A stretch of 64,000 nt of DNA, taken from the NCBI GenBank assembly GCA_028826165.1, contig JAPDFW010000087.1, forward strand, positions 248,001 to 312,000, read 5' to 3'. Made by a program: the position numbers and the translations under genes. This document shows, in pieces, positions 48,617 through 59,891 of this stretch. Origin of the DNA: Anaeramoeba ignava BMAN. Its lineage: Eukaryota > Protista > Anaeramoebae. Position 1 is the first letter of the stretch. Each line of letters begins with the position of its first letter. The notes below the pieces were generated by a model, which saw only the letters and a program-made list of their open reading frames with translations, did no database searches and had not been told where the DNA came from.

Positions 48617-51250
48617 ATGAAAGTTACGAAAATCATAATAATATTAAGCATAATAATTTTAGTAAAAGGACAATTTCGACGAGTGAACTTACATTTAGTA
48701 AACAAATTAGAATTTTCAAAAAATCAATGGACAAATTCACGTCGAACACCAACGGTTCCACAGTTAAACTGCCTACCAAGATTTGGGAATGCAGGATGCC
48801 CTTTAGAAATGATTCCAGATAAAGTCGAGTGTGTTAATGATGGTGTTGATTCTTATGGAGAAGTTGCTTGGTTATGTTCTGCTGAACTTGATGATAGAGT
48901 TGCTTTTTCAGCTATTGGTGTGGAATGTGAAGGTTTTGATTTTCCTGGTGATAAATTTGTTTTGGAAAAAAGTTGTGCTTTAACTTTTGGTCTTGATTGG
49001 GTAATTTTTAATTAAAATTAAAATTAAAATTAAAATTAAAATTAAAATTCATTTATAAAATTAAAATTAAAATTAAAATTAAAATTTAAATTAAAATTAA
49101 AATTAAAATTAAAATTAATATTAAAATTAAAATTAAAATTAAAATTAAAATTTAAAATTAAAATTAAAATTAAAATCAAAATTAAAATTAAAATTAAAAT
49201 TAAAATTATAATTAATATTAATATTAAAATTAAAATTAAAATTAAAATAAAATTAAAATTCAAAATTAAAATTAAAATTAAAATTAAAATTAAAATTAAA
49301 ATTAAAATTAAAATTAAAATTAAAATTAAAAATAAAATTAAAATTAAAATTAAAATTAATATTAAAATTTAAATTAAAATTAAAATTAAAATTAAAATTA
49401 AAATTAAAATTAAAATTAATATTAAAATTAAAATTAAATTAAATTTAAAATTAAAATTAAAATTAAAATTAAAATTAAAATTAAAATTTAAATTAAAATT
49501 CATTTATAAAATTAAAATTAAAAATTAAAATTAAAATTAAAATTAAAAATTAAAATTAAAATTAAAATTAAAATCAAAATTAAAATTAAAATAAAAATTC
49601 ATTTATAAAATTATAATTAAAATAAAAATTAAAATTAAAATTAAAATTCATTTATAAAATTAAAATTAAAATTAATATTAAAATTAAAATTAAAATTAAA
49701 ATTAAAATTAAAATTAAAATTAAAATTAAAATTAAAATTAAAATTAAAATTAAAATTAAAATTAAAATTAAAATTAAAATTAAAATTAAAAATTAAAATT
49801 AAAATTAAAATTAAAATTAAAATTAAAATTAAAATTTAAAATTAAAAATTAAAATTAAAATTATAATTAAAATTTAAAGACAGAAGCTATGAATTTATAT
49901 GGAGCAGTAGAAGATCAATCAGCATTTTATCTTGAACCAGGAAAAGTGATGCATTTTTACTCTAATCAGTATACACAATCGAAGCGAACAAAACAAATAC
50001 CTCAATTAAATTGTTATGGAGGGAATGCAGGATGTCCAAATGAATTTTTACCTGATTCTGCTTCATGCAAAGTAACAGGATATGATTCTGAACACAATAA
50101 CTTTCTTTGGGATTGTAGCGCTGTTCTCAATGAAAATTTGGATCTTGGTAACTCTTTTGTTTCTTGTGAAGGATTTCGTGGTCCAAATGATCATTATATC
50201 CTTAAAGGAAGCTGTGGTTTTTTCTATGAATTGAATTATTTTGATGTATTATCTCTCTTTACAGATTTATATTTATATTTATATTGATATTTATATTTAT
50301 ATTTATATTTATATTTATATTTATATTTATATTTATATTTATATTTATATTTATATTTATATTTATATTTATATTTATATTTATATTTATATTTATATTT
50401 ATATTTATATTTATATTTATATTTGGATAGATTTATATTTATATTTATATTTATAGATTTTATTTATATTTAGATTTATATTTATATTTATATTTAGATT
50501 TATATTTAGATTTATATTTATATTTAGATTTATATTTAGATTTATATTTATATTGATATTTATATTTATATTTATATTTATATTTATATTTATATTTATA
50601 TTTATATTTATATTTTTTATTTATATTTATAGCAAAATACACAATTACTCCATAAAATCTCAGCATTAAAATTCAATGCAAACACAAAAACACAACCAAA
50701 AAAAGAACGGCAACAACAACAATTACAATGCAAAGGATATTGTCCCAAATCCGATATTCCAACAGAAATAACATGTTATAATTTAAATCATCAAACAGAA
50801 GAAAAAAGAGAATCCAACTGGTATTGTGAAGGAAACGGAAATCCACTTTATGTTATTGATAACCCCAAAATAACATGCGAAAAAATTGGCACTTCTTTTT
50901 CTTTTCTCCCTTCTTGCTTTCTTGAATATGATTTTGTTCAATTCAATCCAGATGTCAAAATTCCCAACTTTGGTTATCATAGACAAAGAATAAATCAAAA
51001 TAATCCCCCAAATCAAAGTTCTCAAAATGTCTCATTTTTCGTTATTCTTGTTATTATTATTGTTTTAATTGCTTGTTGTTGTTCGTTTGCAAGAAAATCT
51101 TCAAACTCAAAAAAAGATCTAAACTCAAGTTCTCCTTCTTATACACCTTTACCAAATGATGACCAAAATGATCAAAATGTTGTTTCTCATTCTGAAGCAA
51201 AAACTTTTAATCGAGAAGAAATTCCTCATCAAAAGAAAAACTCAAGTTAG
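48617..51250 (+). CDS. SARAF: SARAF (TMEM66)-like protein with three tandem luminal SARAF domains, one TM and a short tail; exons 48617-49000, 49880-50245, 50633-51250
   Basis: Signal peptide. Exon 1 has [45 protein letters not shown] and exon 2 has [44 protein letters not shown]; both match SARAF TTSRR..IPQLKCVGG.AGC..WEC..VSCEGY....D.YVLRGSC. Exon 3 has [27 protein letters not shown], then [19 protein letters not shown]. Both introns are phase 0. Confidence 0.88.
49010..49875. repeat. (TTAAAA)n array filling SARAF intron 1
   Basis: Directly visible. Confidence 0.9.
50265..50630. repeat. (TTTATA)n array filling SARAF intron 2
   Basis: Directly visible. Confidence 0.9.
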
Positions 51251-51456
51251 AGTTACAACAATAAGAAAGTGAACAATCCAATTTATTCAATTTTTTTTTT
51301 TGCTTTTTTTTCAATTTCCCAAAATCTCAAATTTAATTAATTAATTAATTAATAAAAGCAATTTAAGTTAATTTAAAAAAAAAAGTTTTGAAAAAATATA
51401 ATTTTCATTTTTATTCTCCTTTTCTTCTTTTTATTATTTGATTTATTTTATTTAAA

Positions 51457-52118
51457 ATGAGTTCAGGTTTTTAATTTAATTTTTATTGGTTTTTAAATTT
51501 TAAATTTTAAATTTAAATTTAAATTTTTAAATTTTAAATTAGATTTTTGGTGTGTTTTTGGTTGCTCAACATTAGTTTGTGCAGCTGTTGTTGTTCCTTC
51601 TCTTTCTGTTGCTTCTTTAGATAAGGATTTAGTAAACAAAATAAAAAAAGCAAAAAAATTTTTTGTTTTTATATTTATTTAAAAAAATAAAAAAATCTAA
51701 ATTATAAAAAAACAGGATTGTCCTCAAAATCTTTGGACTTGGATTATAATTTGCAATATCTTTTTAATACTTTTAACTATTATTCCTCCACTCCTTTTAT
51801 TGGGTTTTTCTGATCATTTATATGTTTCATTTATTGGAACTTTTTTTATTTCAAGTTTTCTTTTAATTTGGTCAATTATTGGATTTGTTTGGGCTTCAAA
51901 AAATGGAGTTGTAAAAGAATAAAAGAAAATAAAAGAAAATATTTAATTTATATTTAATTTAATTTTAATAAAAAAAATAGAAAAATGAATGTGGAAGACT
52001 TTTTGGAATAACAATTGCAGATGGAGTAATTTCTCTTGTTTTTTCTTCTTTACTTTCATTTTGTTTTTTTTTCATTGCTGCTTGTTTGGGTCCTGGAATG
52101 TCTGGTCTTGGTCATTAA
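51457..52118 (+). CDS. Small 4-TM protein, copy 1 (TMEM272 / RING-E3 TM-module-like); exons 51457-51466, 51543-51631, 51716-51910, 51981-52118
   Basis: Not in the ORF track. Spliced product: MSSDFWCVFGCSTLVCAAVVVPSLSVASLDKDL-DCPQNLWTWIIICNIFLILLTIIPPLLLLGFSDHLYVSFIGTFFISSFLLIWSIIGFVWASKNGV-KNECGRLFGITIADGVISLVFSSLLSFCFFFIAACLGPGMSGLGH*. All splice sites and the frame are conserved in copy 2. Confidence 0.75.
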
Positions 52119-52310
52119 AAAATAATTTTACTTTTTTTTTAAATCAAAAAAAAAAGTGGAACAAAATTAATTTATTCCTTTTTTCTTTAAATTCGAAATT
52201 AATTAATAAAAGCAATTTAAGTTAATTTAAAAAAAAAGTTTTAAAAGAAATATAATTTTCATTTTTATTCTCCTTTTCTTCTTTTTATTATTTGATTTAT
52301 TTTATTTAAA

Positions 52311-52959
52311 ATGAGTTCAGGTTTTTAATTTAATTTTTATTGGTTTTTAAATTTTGATTTTAAATTTAAATTTAAATTTTTAAATTTTAAATTAGATTTT
52401 TGGTGTGTTTTTGGTTGCTCAACATTAATTTGTGCAGCTGTTGTTGTTCCTTCTCTTTCTGTTGCTTCTTTAGATAAGGATTTAGTAAACAAAATAAAAA
52501 AAAAGCAAAAAAATTTTTTGTTTTTATCTTTATTTAAAAAAATAAAAAAATCTAAATTATAAAAAAACAGGATTGTCCTCAAAATCTTTGGATTTGGATT
52601 ATAATTTGCAATATCTTTTTAATACTTTTAACTTATATCCCTCTCTTCCTTTTTTTTGCTTATAAAAATAAACAAATTATTCCATTTATTGGAGCTTTTT
52701 TTATTTCAAGTTTTCTTTTAATTTGGTCAATTATTGGATTTGTTTGGGCTTCAAAAAATGGAGTTGTAAAAGAATAAAAGAAAATGAAAGAAAATATTTA
52801 ATTTAAATTTTAATTTAATTTTAATAAAAAAAATAGAAAAATGAATGTGGAAGACTTTTTGGAATAACAATTGCAGATGGAGTAATTTCTCTTGTTTTTT
52901 CTTCTTTGCTTTCTTTTTTTTCATTTCTTTATTATATGTGTTTAAATCCTACTGCATAA
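52311..52959 (+). CDS. Small 4-TM protein, copy 2 (tandem duplicate); exons 52311-52320, 52396-52484, 52571-52765, 52837-52959
   Basis: Same exon structure as copy 1 at an offset of ~854 bp; ends ...SLLSFFSFLYYMCLNPTA*. Confidence 0.75.
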
Positions 52960-53232
52960 GATCTTAGTCATTAAAAATTAAATTAAATTATTTTTAAATT
53001 TATTTTTATTTTTATTTAATCAAAAAAAAGTGGAACAAAAAAAAATTTTTTTTGCTTTTTTTTTTTCAATTTAAAGTTTTTTTTATTCATCAAAAACTCA
53101 AAATAAAAGAAAATAAAATTAAAGAAAATAAAATGAAAAGAAAATAAAATTAAATTGTAATAAATTTTAACAAGAAAAAATCAAAATAAAAAATAAAGAA
53201 AGAAAGAATTTATTTTGATTATCTTTTTTTTT

Positions 53233-56200
53233 TTAACTTCTCCAATATTGAGCCCATTGATGAATTGTTTCAACAACGATAGGAAAAAGAGCACGAACTG
53301 ATTGGTCAATAACATCCGAAATAAATTCTGAAGCTTCTTTCTCACTAAGATCTAATCTAAATTTTTCTTGAACCTTAAATCAAAATTAAAATTAAAATTT
53401 ATTTATAAAATTAAATTTAAAATTAAAATTAAAATAAAATTAAAATTTAAAATCGGATAAAAAATTAAAATTAAAATCGGATAAAAAATTAAAATTAAAA
53501 TTAAAATTAAAATAAAATTAAAATTAAAATCAAAATTAAAATTTAAAACAACAATTAAAATTTAAAATTTAAAATCGGATAAAAAAATAATTACTTTAAG
53601 AATACAACCAACTGAATCTCTTGCTAAATCAGGTAAATTACAATCAATCATAAGTGAAAGTAAATTGATAATTAAATGAGCGGATTTTCTTAGAGTATTA
53701 TAAGCTGAAATAGATAAAATTTTAAAATATTGATAATGTGAACTTCTCATTCCCATCATTGCATCAATCATTTCTTTACATACTTTCATTGGAGGTGGAT
53801 ATGGTTTAGGATCATTTCCAAGAATATAACCAAAATCAATATGTAAAAATCTTCCATCTGGTGCAATTAATAAATTATCAAAATGCCGATCTCCAATACC
53901 AAGTAAGAAAGTAATTACAGAATAACCAGCTTATATATTTATTTTGAATTAAATATTTTGAATTAAATATTTTGAATTAAATATTTTGAATTAAATTGAA
54001 TTAAATATTTTGAATTAAATATTTTGAATTAAATTATTTTGAATTAAATATATTTTGGATTAAATTAAATATTTTGAATTAAATATTTTGAATTAAATTG
54101 AATTAAATATTTAGGATTAAATATTTTGAATTAATATATTTAGAATTAAATATTTTGGATTAAATTATTTTTGGATTAAATATTTTGAATTAAATATTTT
54201 GAATTAAATTAAATATATTTTGGATTAATTATTTTGAATTAAATTGAATTAAATATTTTAAGTTAAATAAATATTTTGAATTAAATATTTTGAATTATAT
54301 ATTTTGAATTAAATTATTTTGAATTAAATATTTTGAATTAATTATTTTGAATTAAATTAAATATATTTTGAATTAAATATTTTTGAATTAAATATTTTGA
54401 ATTAAATTAAATTAAATATATTTTGAATTAAATATTTTGAATTGAATATTTTGAATTAAATATATTTTGGATTAAATTAAATATTTTGGATTAAATTAAA
54501 TTAAATATTTTGAATTAAATTGAATTAAATATTTTGAATTAAATAAATATTTTGAATTAAATTAAATTAAATATATATTTTGAATTAAATATCTTTAATT
54601 ACCACAAGATTTGACATAATTATTCATTAATGTTGGACTAAATCCAAAACCAGAGCCATCATCTGGACTAATACTTCTAAAATATTCAGAAATTTTTCCA
54701 TATTTTGCCAAAATAAAAGATAAAGGTTTTGCATTTACAAATTCAACAATTCCAGATTTTTGGCTTGTTGGCAGAACTTTATAAGGAGTTAATTTAAGAT
54801 CAAGATTTTCTTTTTTCAATAAATTATCCATTAAAGTGATTAATTGAATTACCAAGTTATCTTGTCTTGTATCATCACCAGATTTGAAAATGATTTTATA
54901 ATTTGAATTTGAAAGTGTTTGAAAAGATATTTTAATCGGATTTAGTGCGCTTTTATAAATATGAAGCTCATCAACTAATATTGAATTTACAATAATCATT
55001 GGATCAACTGGTAAAGGCAAATCTTCGAAATTTGCCAAATGATTAAATTGTTCTCCTTTTTCAAATTGATTTTTTAAAAACACTATTTTCTTTTCACGTG
55101 ATTTTTTCATTGAAGAAATTTTTTCAATCATTTCAATAAGATTTTGAACTAAAAATTCTTGGCGCTCAATAACTGATAATATTTCTTTTCCTAATGGAGA
55201 TTCCAAGCATTGTTTAACAAATTCTTGTTGTATATTTGCGAAAATTTGGAAATTTTTATCATTTCTTTCTACCCAAACATACCAATAGAAATAATTAGCA
55301 AATAGTTTATTTTTTTTTGCTTTGTTTATTAAAAATTGAACAAGTGGAGATTGGTGTGATTCTTCATATCTCATTCCTTGAACAAGTTGTAATAGGTAAA
55401 AGATCAATTCCTGTTGGATATATTTATTTATTGAATTGATTTGGATATATTTATTTATTTGAATATTTTTGAATTGAATATATTTATTTATTGATTTGAA
55501 TATTTATTTATTGATTTGAATATATTTATTTTTGATTTGAATATTTATTTATTGATTTGAATTGATTTGAATATATTTGAATTGATTTGAATATATTTAT
55601 TTTTGATTTGAATATTTATTTATTGATTTGAATATTTATTTATTGATTTGAATATATTTATTTATTGAATTGAATATATTTATTTTTGATTTGAATATTT
55701 TTGATTTGAATATTTTTGAATTGATTTGAATATTTATTTATTGATTTGAATATATTTATTTATTTATTTGAATATATTTATTTATTTATTTGAATATATT
55801 TATTTATTGATTTGAATATTTTTGAATTGATTTGAATATTTATTTATTGATTTGAATTGATTTGAATTGAATATTTATTTATTGATTTGAATATATTTAT
55901 TTTTGATTTGGATATTTATTTGAATATATTTATTGATTTGAATTTATTTATTATTGATTTGAATATTTATTTATTTTTGATTTGAATATTTATTTATTTT
56001 TGATTTGAATATATATTTATTTATTGATTTGAATATATATTTATTTATTGATTTGAATATATATTTATTTATTGATTTGGATATTTATTGATTTGAATAT
56101 TTTTACATCATCTGGTAATTCGCTTAATTTATTAACTGCAAATTCTCTTATTTTTGTATCAGTAAAGTTTTTAGATAATAATTCAAGAATTGTTACAACA

Positions 56201-58732
56201 TCAATTGTTTCCCATTCTTCTATCATTTTTTCCATTTCTTTTCTTTCCATTTCATTTTCTAAAACTGTTGATAAAATAAATTTTGGAAGAGCTTTACTGT
56301 GATATTTAATAGTTTTTCGATAATGAAAAATTAAATCACGTTCGGATTCAGATAAATTTTTAACTGGTGGATATAAAATAATAGACTATTTTTTGAATTT
56401 TAAATATATTTTGAATTTAAATATTTTTTTTGAATTTAAATATTTTTTTGAGTTTAAATATTTATTTTGAATTTAAATATTTATTTTGAATTTAAATATA
56501 TTTTGAATTTAAATATTTATTTTGAATTTAAATATATTTTGAATTTAAATATTTATTTTGAATTTAAATATATTTTGAATTTAAATATTTTTGAATTTAA
56601 ATATTTTTTTGAATTTTAAATATATTTTTAAACATACTTGAAGTTGTTTGAATTCTGAAAATGTTGGTGGTTCACTTGGTTCTGTAACATCTCTTGAATA
56701 TTTTGGTACAATATCATTTTCTTGATTATCTTTTTCAATATTATCAGGATTTCCTGATTTAATAGATTCAACAATTTTAGAATAATTCTCCATTTCAACA
56801 TGAAAAATTTGAGTTGGAACTCTTTTTGCTTGTTTTCTAGTCATCCTTTTTTTTGAAGTATTTGGTCTTCTATTAACTGTTGATTGAGTTCTTTGATTTT
56901 TTTTAAATTTTCGAAGCCCTGAAACAACTAAATTTGGATTTAAAGTGGAGTATTTTGACATGTTTAATTGTTTTTTATTTTGTATTAAATTAGTTCTTGT
57001 TTCATTTGTTTCATTTGTTTCATTTATTTGATTTGTTTCATTTATTTCATTTATTTCCGTTGTTTCAATTGTTTCAGTTGTTTCAATTGTTTCATTTATT
57101 TCCGTTGTTTCAATTGTTTCAGTTGTTTCACTTATTTCAATTTTTGAAGGCATTGGATATTTTTCTTTATTAATTGATGGTCTTCTTTTTTGATTTTTTT
57201 TACCAAGTTTTGGTGATTTAATAAATTTTATTGATTTTTCAATTTTTGGTGAACTTTTTTCTTGATAAAAACTATTGTCAACTTGTTTAATAATTTTTAA
57301 ATTTAAAATTTCAAGTTCATTTTCATTATTTTGATTTTGATTTTCAAATTGATTTTGATTTTGATTTTGATTTTGATTTTGATTTTGATTTTGATTTTGA
57401 TTTTGATTTTGATTTTGATTTTGATTTTGATTTTGATTTTCAATTTGATTTTGATTTTCAACTATATTTTCAATTATATTTTCATTTTCTGTTGGAACTG
57501 ATTTTGATTGATTTTTATCTTTATTTCTTTTTGGATTAGATTTAATTTTTATTGGTAGTGTTTTATTTTCAAGATTATTTCCAGATTTATGATGTTGAAA
57601 TTTATTTTGTAATTCGGATTGCAAATCATTTTTACTTTTAATTTGAAATTTATTCTTATTTTTAAGTTCAAGTTTGTTTTGTTTTTCAATTCTTTTTTGA
57701 TTTTTAATTTCTAGTTTTTTTTGGTTTTTAAGTTGAATTTGTTTTTGTTTTTCCAATTTTTTTTGATTTTTAAGTTCAAGTTTTTTTTGTTTTTCAATTT
57801 CATTTTGTTTTTGTTTTTCAGTTTCAATTTGTTTTTGTTTTTCAATTTCAATTTGTTTCTGTTTTTCAATTTCAATTTGTTTTTGTTTTTCAATTTCAAT
57901 TTGTTTTTGTTTTTCAATTTCAATTTTGTTTTTGTTTTTCAATTTCAATTTGTTTTTGTTTTTCAATTTCAATTTGTTTTTGTTTTTCAATTTCAATTTG
58001 TTTTTGTTTTTCAATTTCAATTTGTTTTTGTTTTTCAATTTCAATTTGTTTTTGTTTTTCAATTTCAAGTTGTTTTGTTTTTCAATTTCAATTTGTTTTT
58101 GTTTTTCAATTTCAATTTGTTTTTGTTTTTCAATTTCAATTTGTTTTGTTTTTCAATTTCAATTTGTTTTAATTTTTTTGTTTTTGAATTGTTTCAAGTT
58201 CAATTTCAATTTGTTTTTGTTTTTCAATTTCAATTTGTTTTTGTTTTTCAATTTCATTTTGTTTCTGTTTTTCAATTTCAAATTGCTTTTGTTTTTCAAT
58301 TTCAATTTGTTTCTGTTTTTCAATTTCAATTTCAAGTTGTTTTTGTTTTTCAATTTCAATTTGTTTTTGTTGATGTTTTTCATTTGTTATTAATTCACTA
58401 AATCTTGGTTTTGAATTGTTTTTTATTTTGTTTTTTTGAATGTGTTTTTCATTTATAGATTTATATTGAGGTGGATCTTTTTTTCTTGAAATTGGAGCAC
58501 TTTGACGTTCAATTTTTGATTTAGAATTTGAATTTGAATCATTTTCTTGATTTTTTTCTTTCTGATTTGGAACTGGAAGTGAATAATAACAATTTGATTT
58601 GTTTTTTTCTTCCTTTTTTGTATTATTTTGTTCTTGTTGAAGAAAATCTTTTCTTTGAACTGGATTTGAAGAGAAAAGTTTTCTTTGACCACTTTTTGGT
58701 TTAGGTTTTTTAAAAGTTAAATGTGTGCTCAT
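53233..58732 (-). CDS. VPS34: Class III phosphatidylinositol 3-kinase Vps34 with a low-complexity N-terminus and no C2 domain; exons 58732-56638 (frameshifted in repeat), 56385-56107, 55410-54603, 53929-53595, 53373-53233
   Basis: Helical domain [34 protein letters not shown]....[19 protein letters not shown]. Kinase motifs [33 protein letters not shown]|[52 protein letters not shown]. All four GT-AG introns are phase-compatible. Confidence 0.92.
53935..54595. repeat. ~14-bp unit (TTTTGAATTAAATA) array in a Vps34 intron
   Basis: Directly visible. Confidence 0.9.
55420..56100. repeat. ~20-bp unit (TTGATTTGAATATTTATTTA) array in a Vps34 intron
   Basis: Directly visible. Confidence 0.9.
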
Positions 58733-58789
58733 TTTTATTTAAAAAAAAAAAGAAGAATAAAAAAATGAAAAAAATGAAAAATGAAAAAT

Positions 58790-59175
58790 GAAAATTAAAT
58801 TAAATTGAATTTGGAAAATGAAAATTAAATTGAATTTTTTTTTCAATTTAGAAAATAAAAATTAAATTAAATTGAATTAAATTAAATTAAATTTGGAAAA
58901 TTAAAATTAAATTAAATTGAATTAAATTGAATTTGGAAAATGAAAATTAAATTAAATTAAATTGAAATTGAATTTGGAAAATTAAAATTGAATTAAATTA
59001 AATTAAATTAAATTAAATTGAATTTGGAAAATGAAAATTAAATTAAATTAAATTAAATTGAATTTGGAAAATGAAAATTAAATTAAATTAAATTGAATTT
59101 GGAAAATGAAAATTAAATTAAATTAAATTGAATTTGGAAAATGAAAATTGAATTGAAATTAAATTGGATTTGGAA
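58790..59175. repeat. AAATT-based repeat with a GAATTTGGAAAATG core, between the H2A stop and the Vps34 start
   Basis: Directly visible. Confidence 0.85.
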
Positions 59176-59263
59176 AGTTTTTTTATTTTTTGTTGATTAA
59201 AATCGAATTAAGAAAAAGAAAAGAAAAAAACAAAAAAAAAATTATTTCTTCATTTGATTTAAA

Positions 59264-59719
59264 TTATTTCTTTTTTGGTAAAACAGGAAGAGCTCTTGGA
59301 ATAATACCACCACCATGAATAGTAACACCATTTAAAAATTTATTTAATTCCCTATCACTTTTAATTGCTAAATGAATATGTCTTGGAACAACTCTTTGTT
59401 TTCCATGATCAATAGCAGCATTTCCAGCTAATTCAAGTACTTCTGCTGTTAAATATTCAAGAACTGCTGCTAAATAAACTGGTGCTCCTGCTCCAACTCT
59501 ATTTGCAAATTTTCCTTCTCTTAAATGTCTATGAATTCTTCCAACTGGGAATTCTAATCCTGCTTTAATTGATCTTGAAACTCCTTTTCCTTTCTTTTTT
59601 GGTTTATCTCCTTGTTTTGTTCCTTTCTTTTTTTTACTTTTACTTTTATCTGGTGATAAATATTCTTTTGCTTCTTCTGCAGTTTGTTGCATTGTTGATT
59701 TTTTTGATGGTTTTGACAT
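59264..59719 (-). CDS. H2A: Histone H2A (variant with extended Lys-rich N-terminal tail)
   Basis: [76 protein letters not shown]. Confidence 0.97.
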   Translation of the reverse strand: MSKPSKKSTMQQTAEEAKEYLSPDKSKSKKKKGTKQGDKPKKKGKGVSRSIKAGLEFPVGRIHRHLREGKFANRVGAGAPVYLAAVLEYLTAEVLELAGNAAIDHGKQRVVPRHIHLAIKSDRELNKFLNGVTIHGGGIIPRALPVLPKKK

Positions 59720-59891
59720 TATTAATTAATTAATAATAAAAATAATTAAAAATAAAAAAAAAAATAAAAAAAAAAAATTTTAATTTATTTTTCTTTTATA
59801 AAAATATTAATTCTCTATTATCCAATAATTTTTGATTTTTTATTTCTTTTTAAATCCAATATTATCCAATAATTTTTGATTTTTGATTTTC

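Noticed and set aside
51989-52582. ORFs 51989-52225 (+) and 52337-52582 (-)
   Set aside because: Wrong-frame or antisense readings of the spliced duplicated 4-TM genes.
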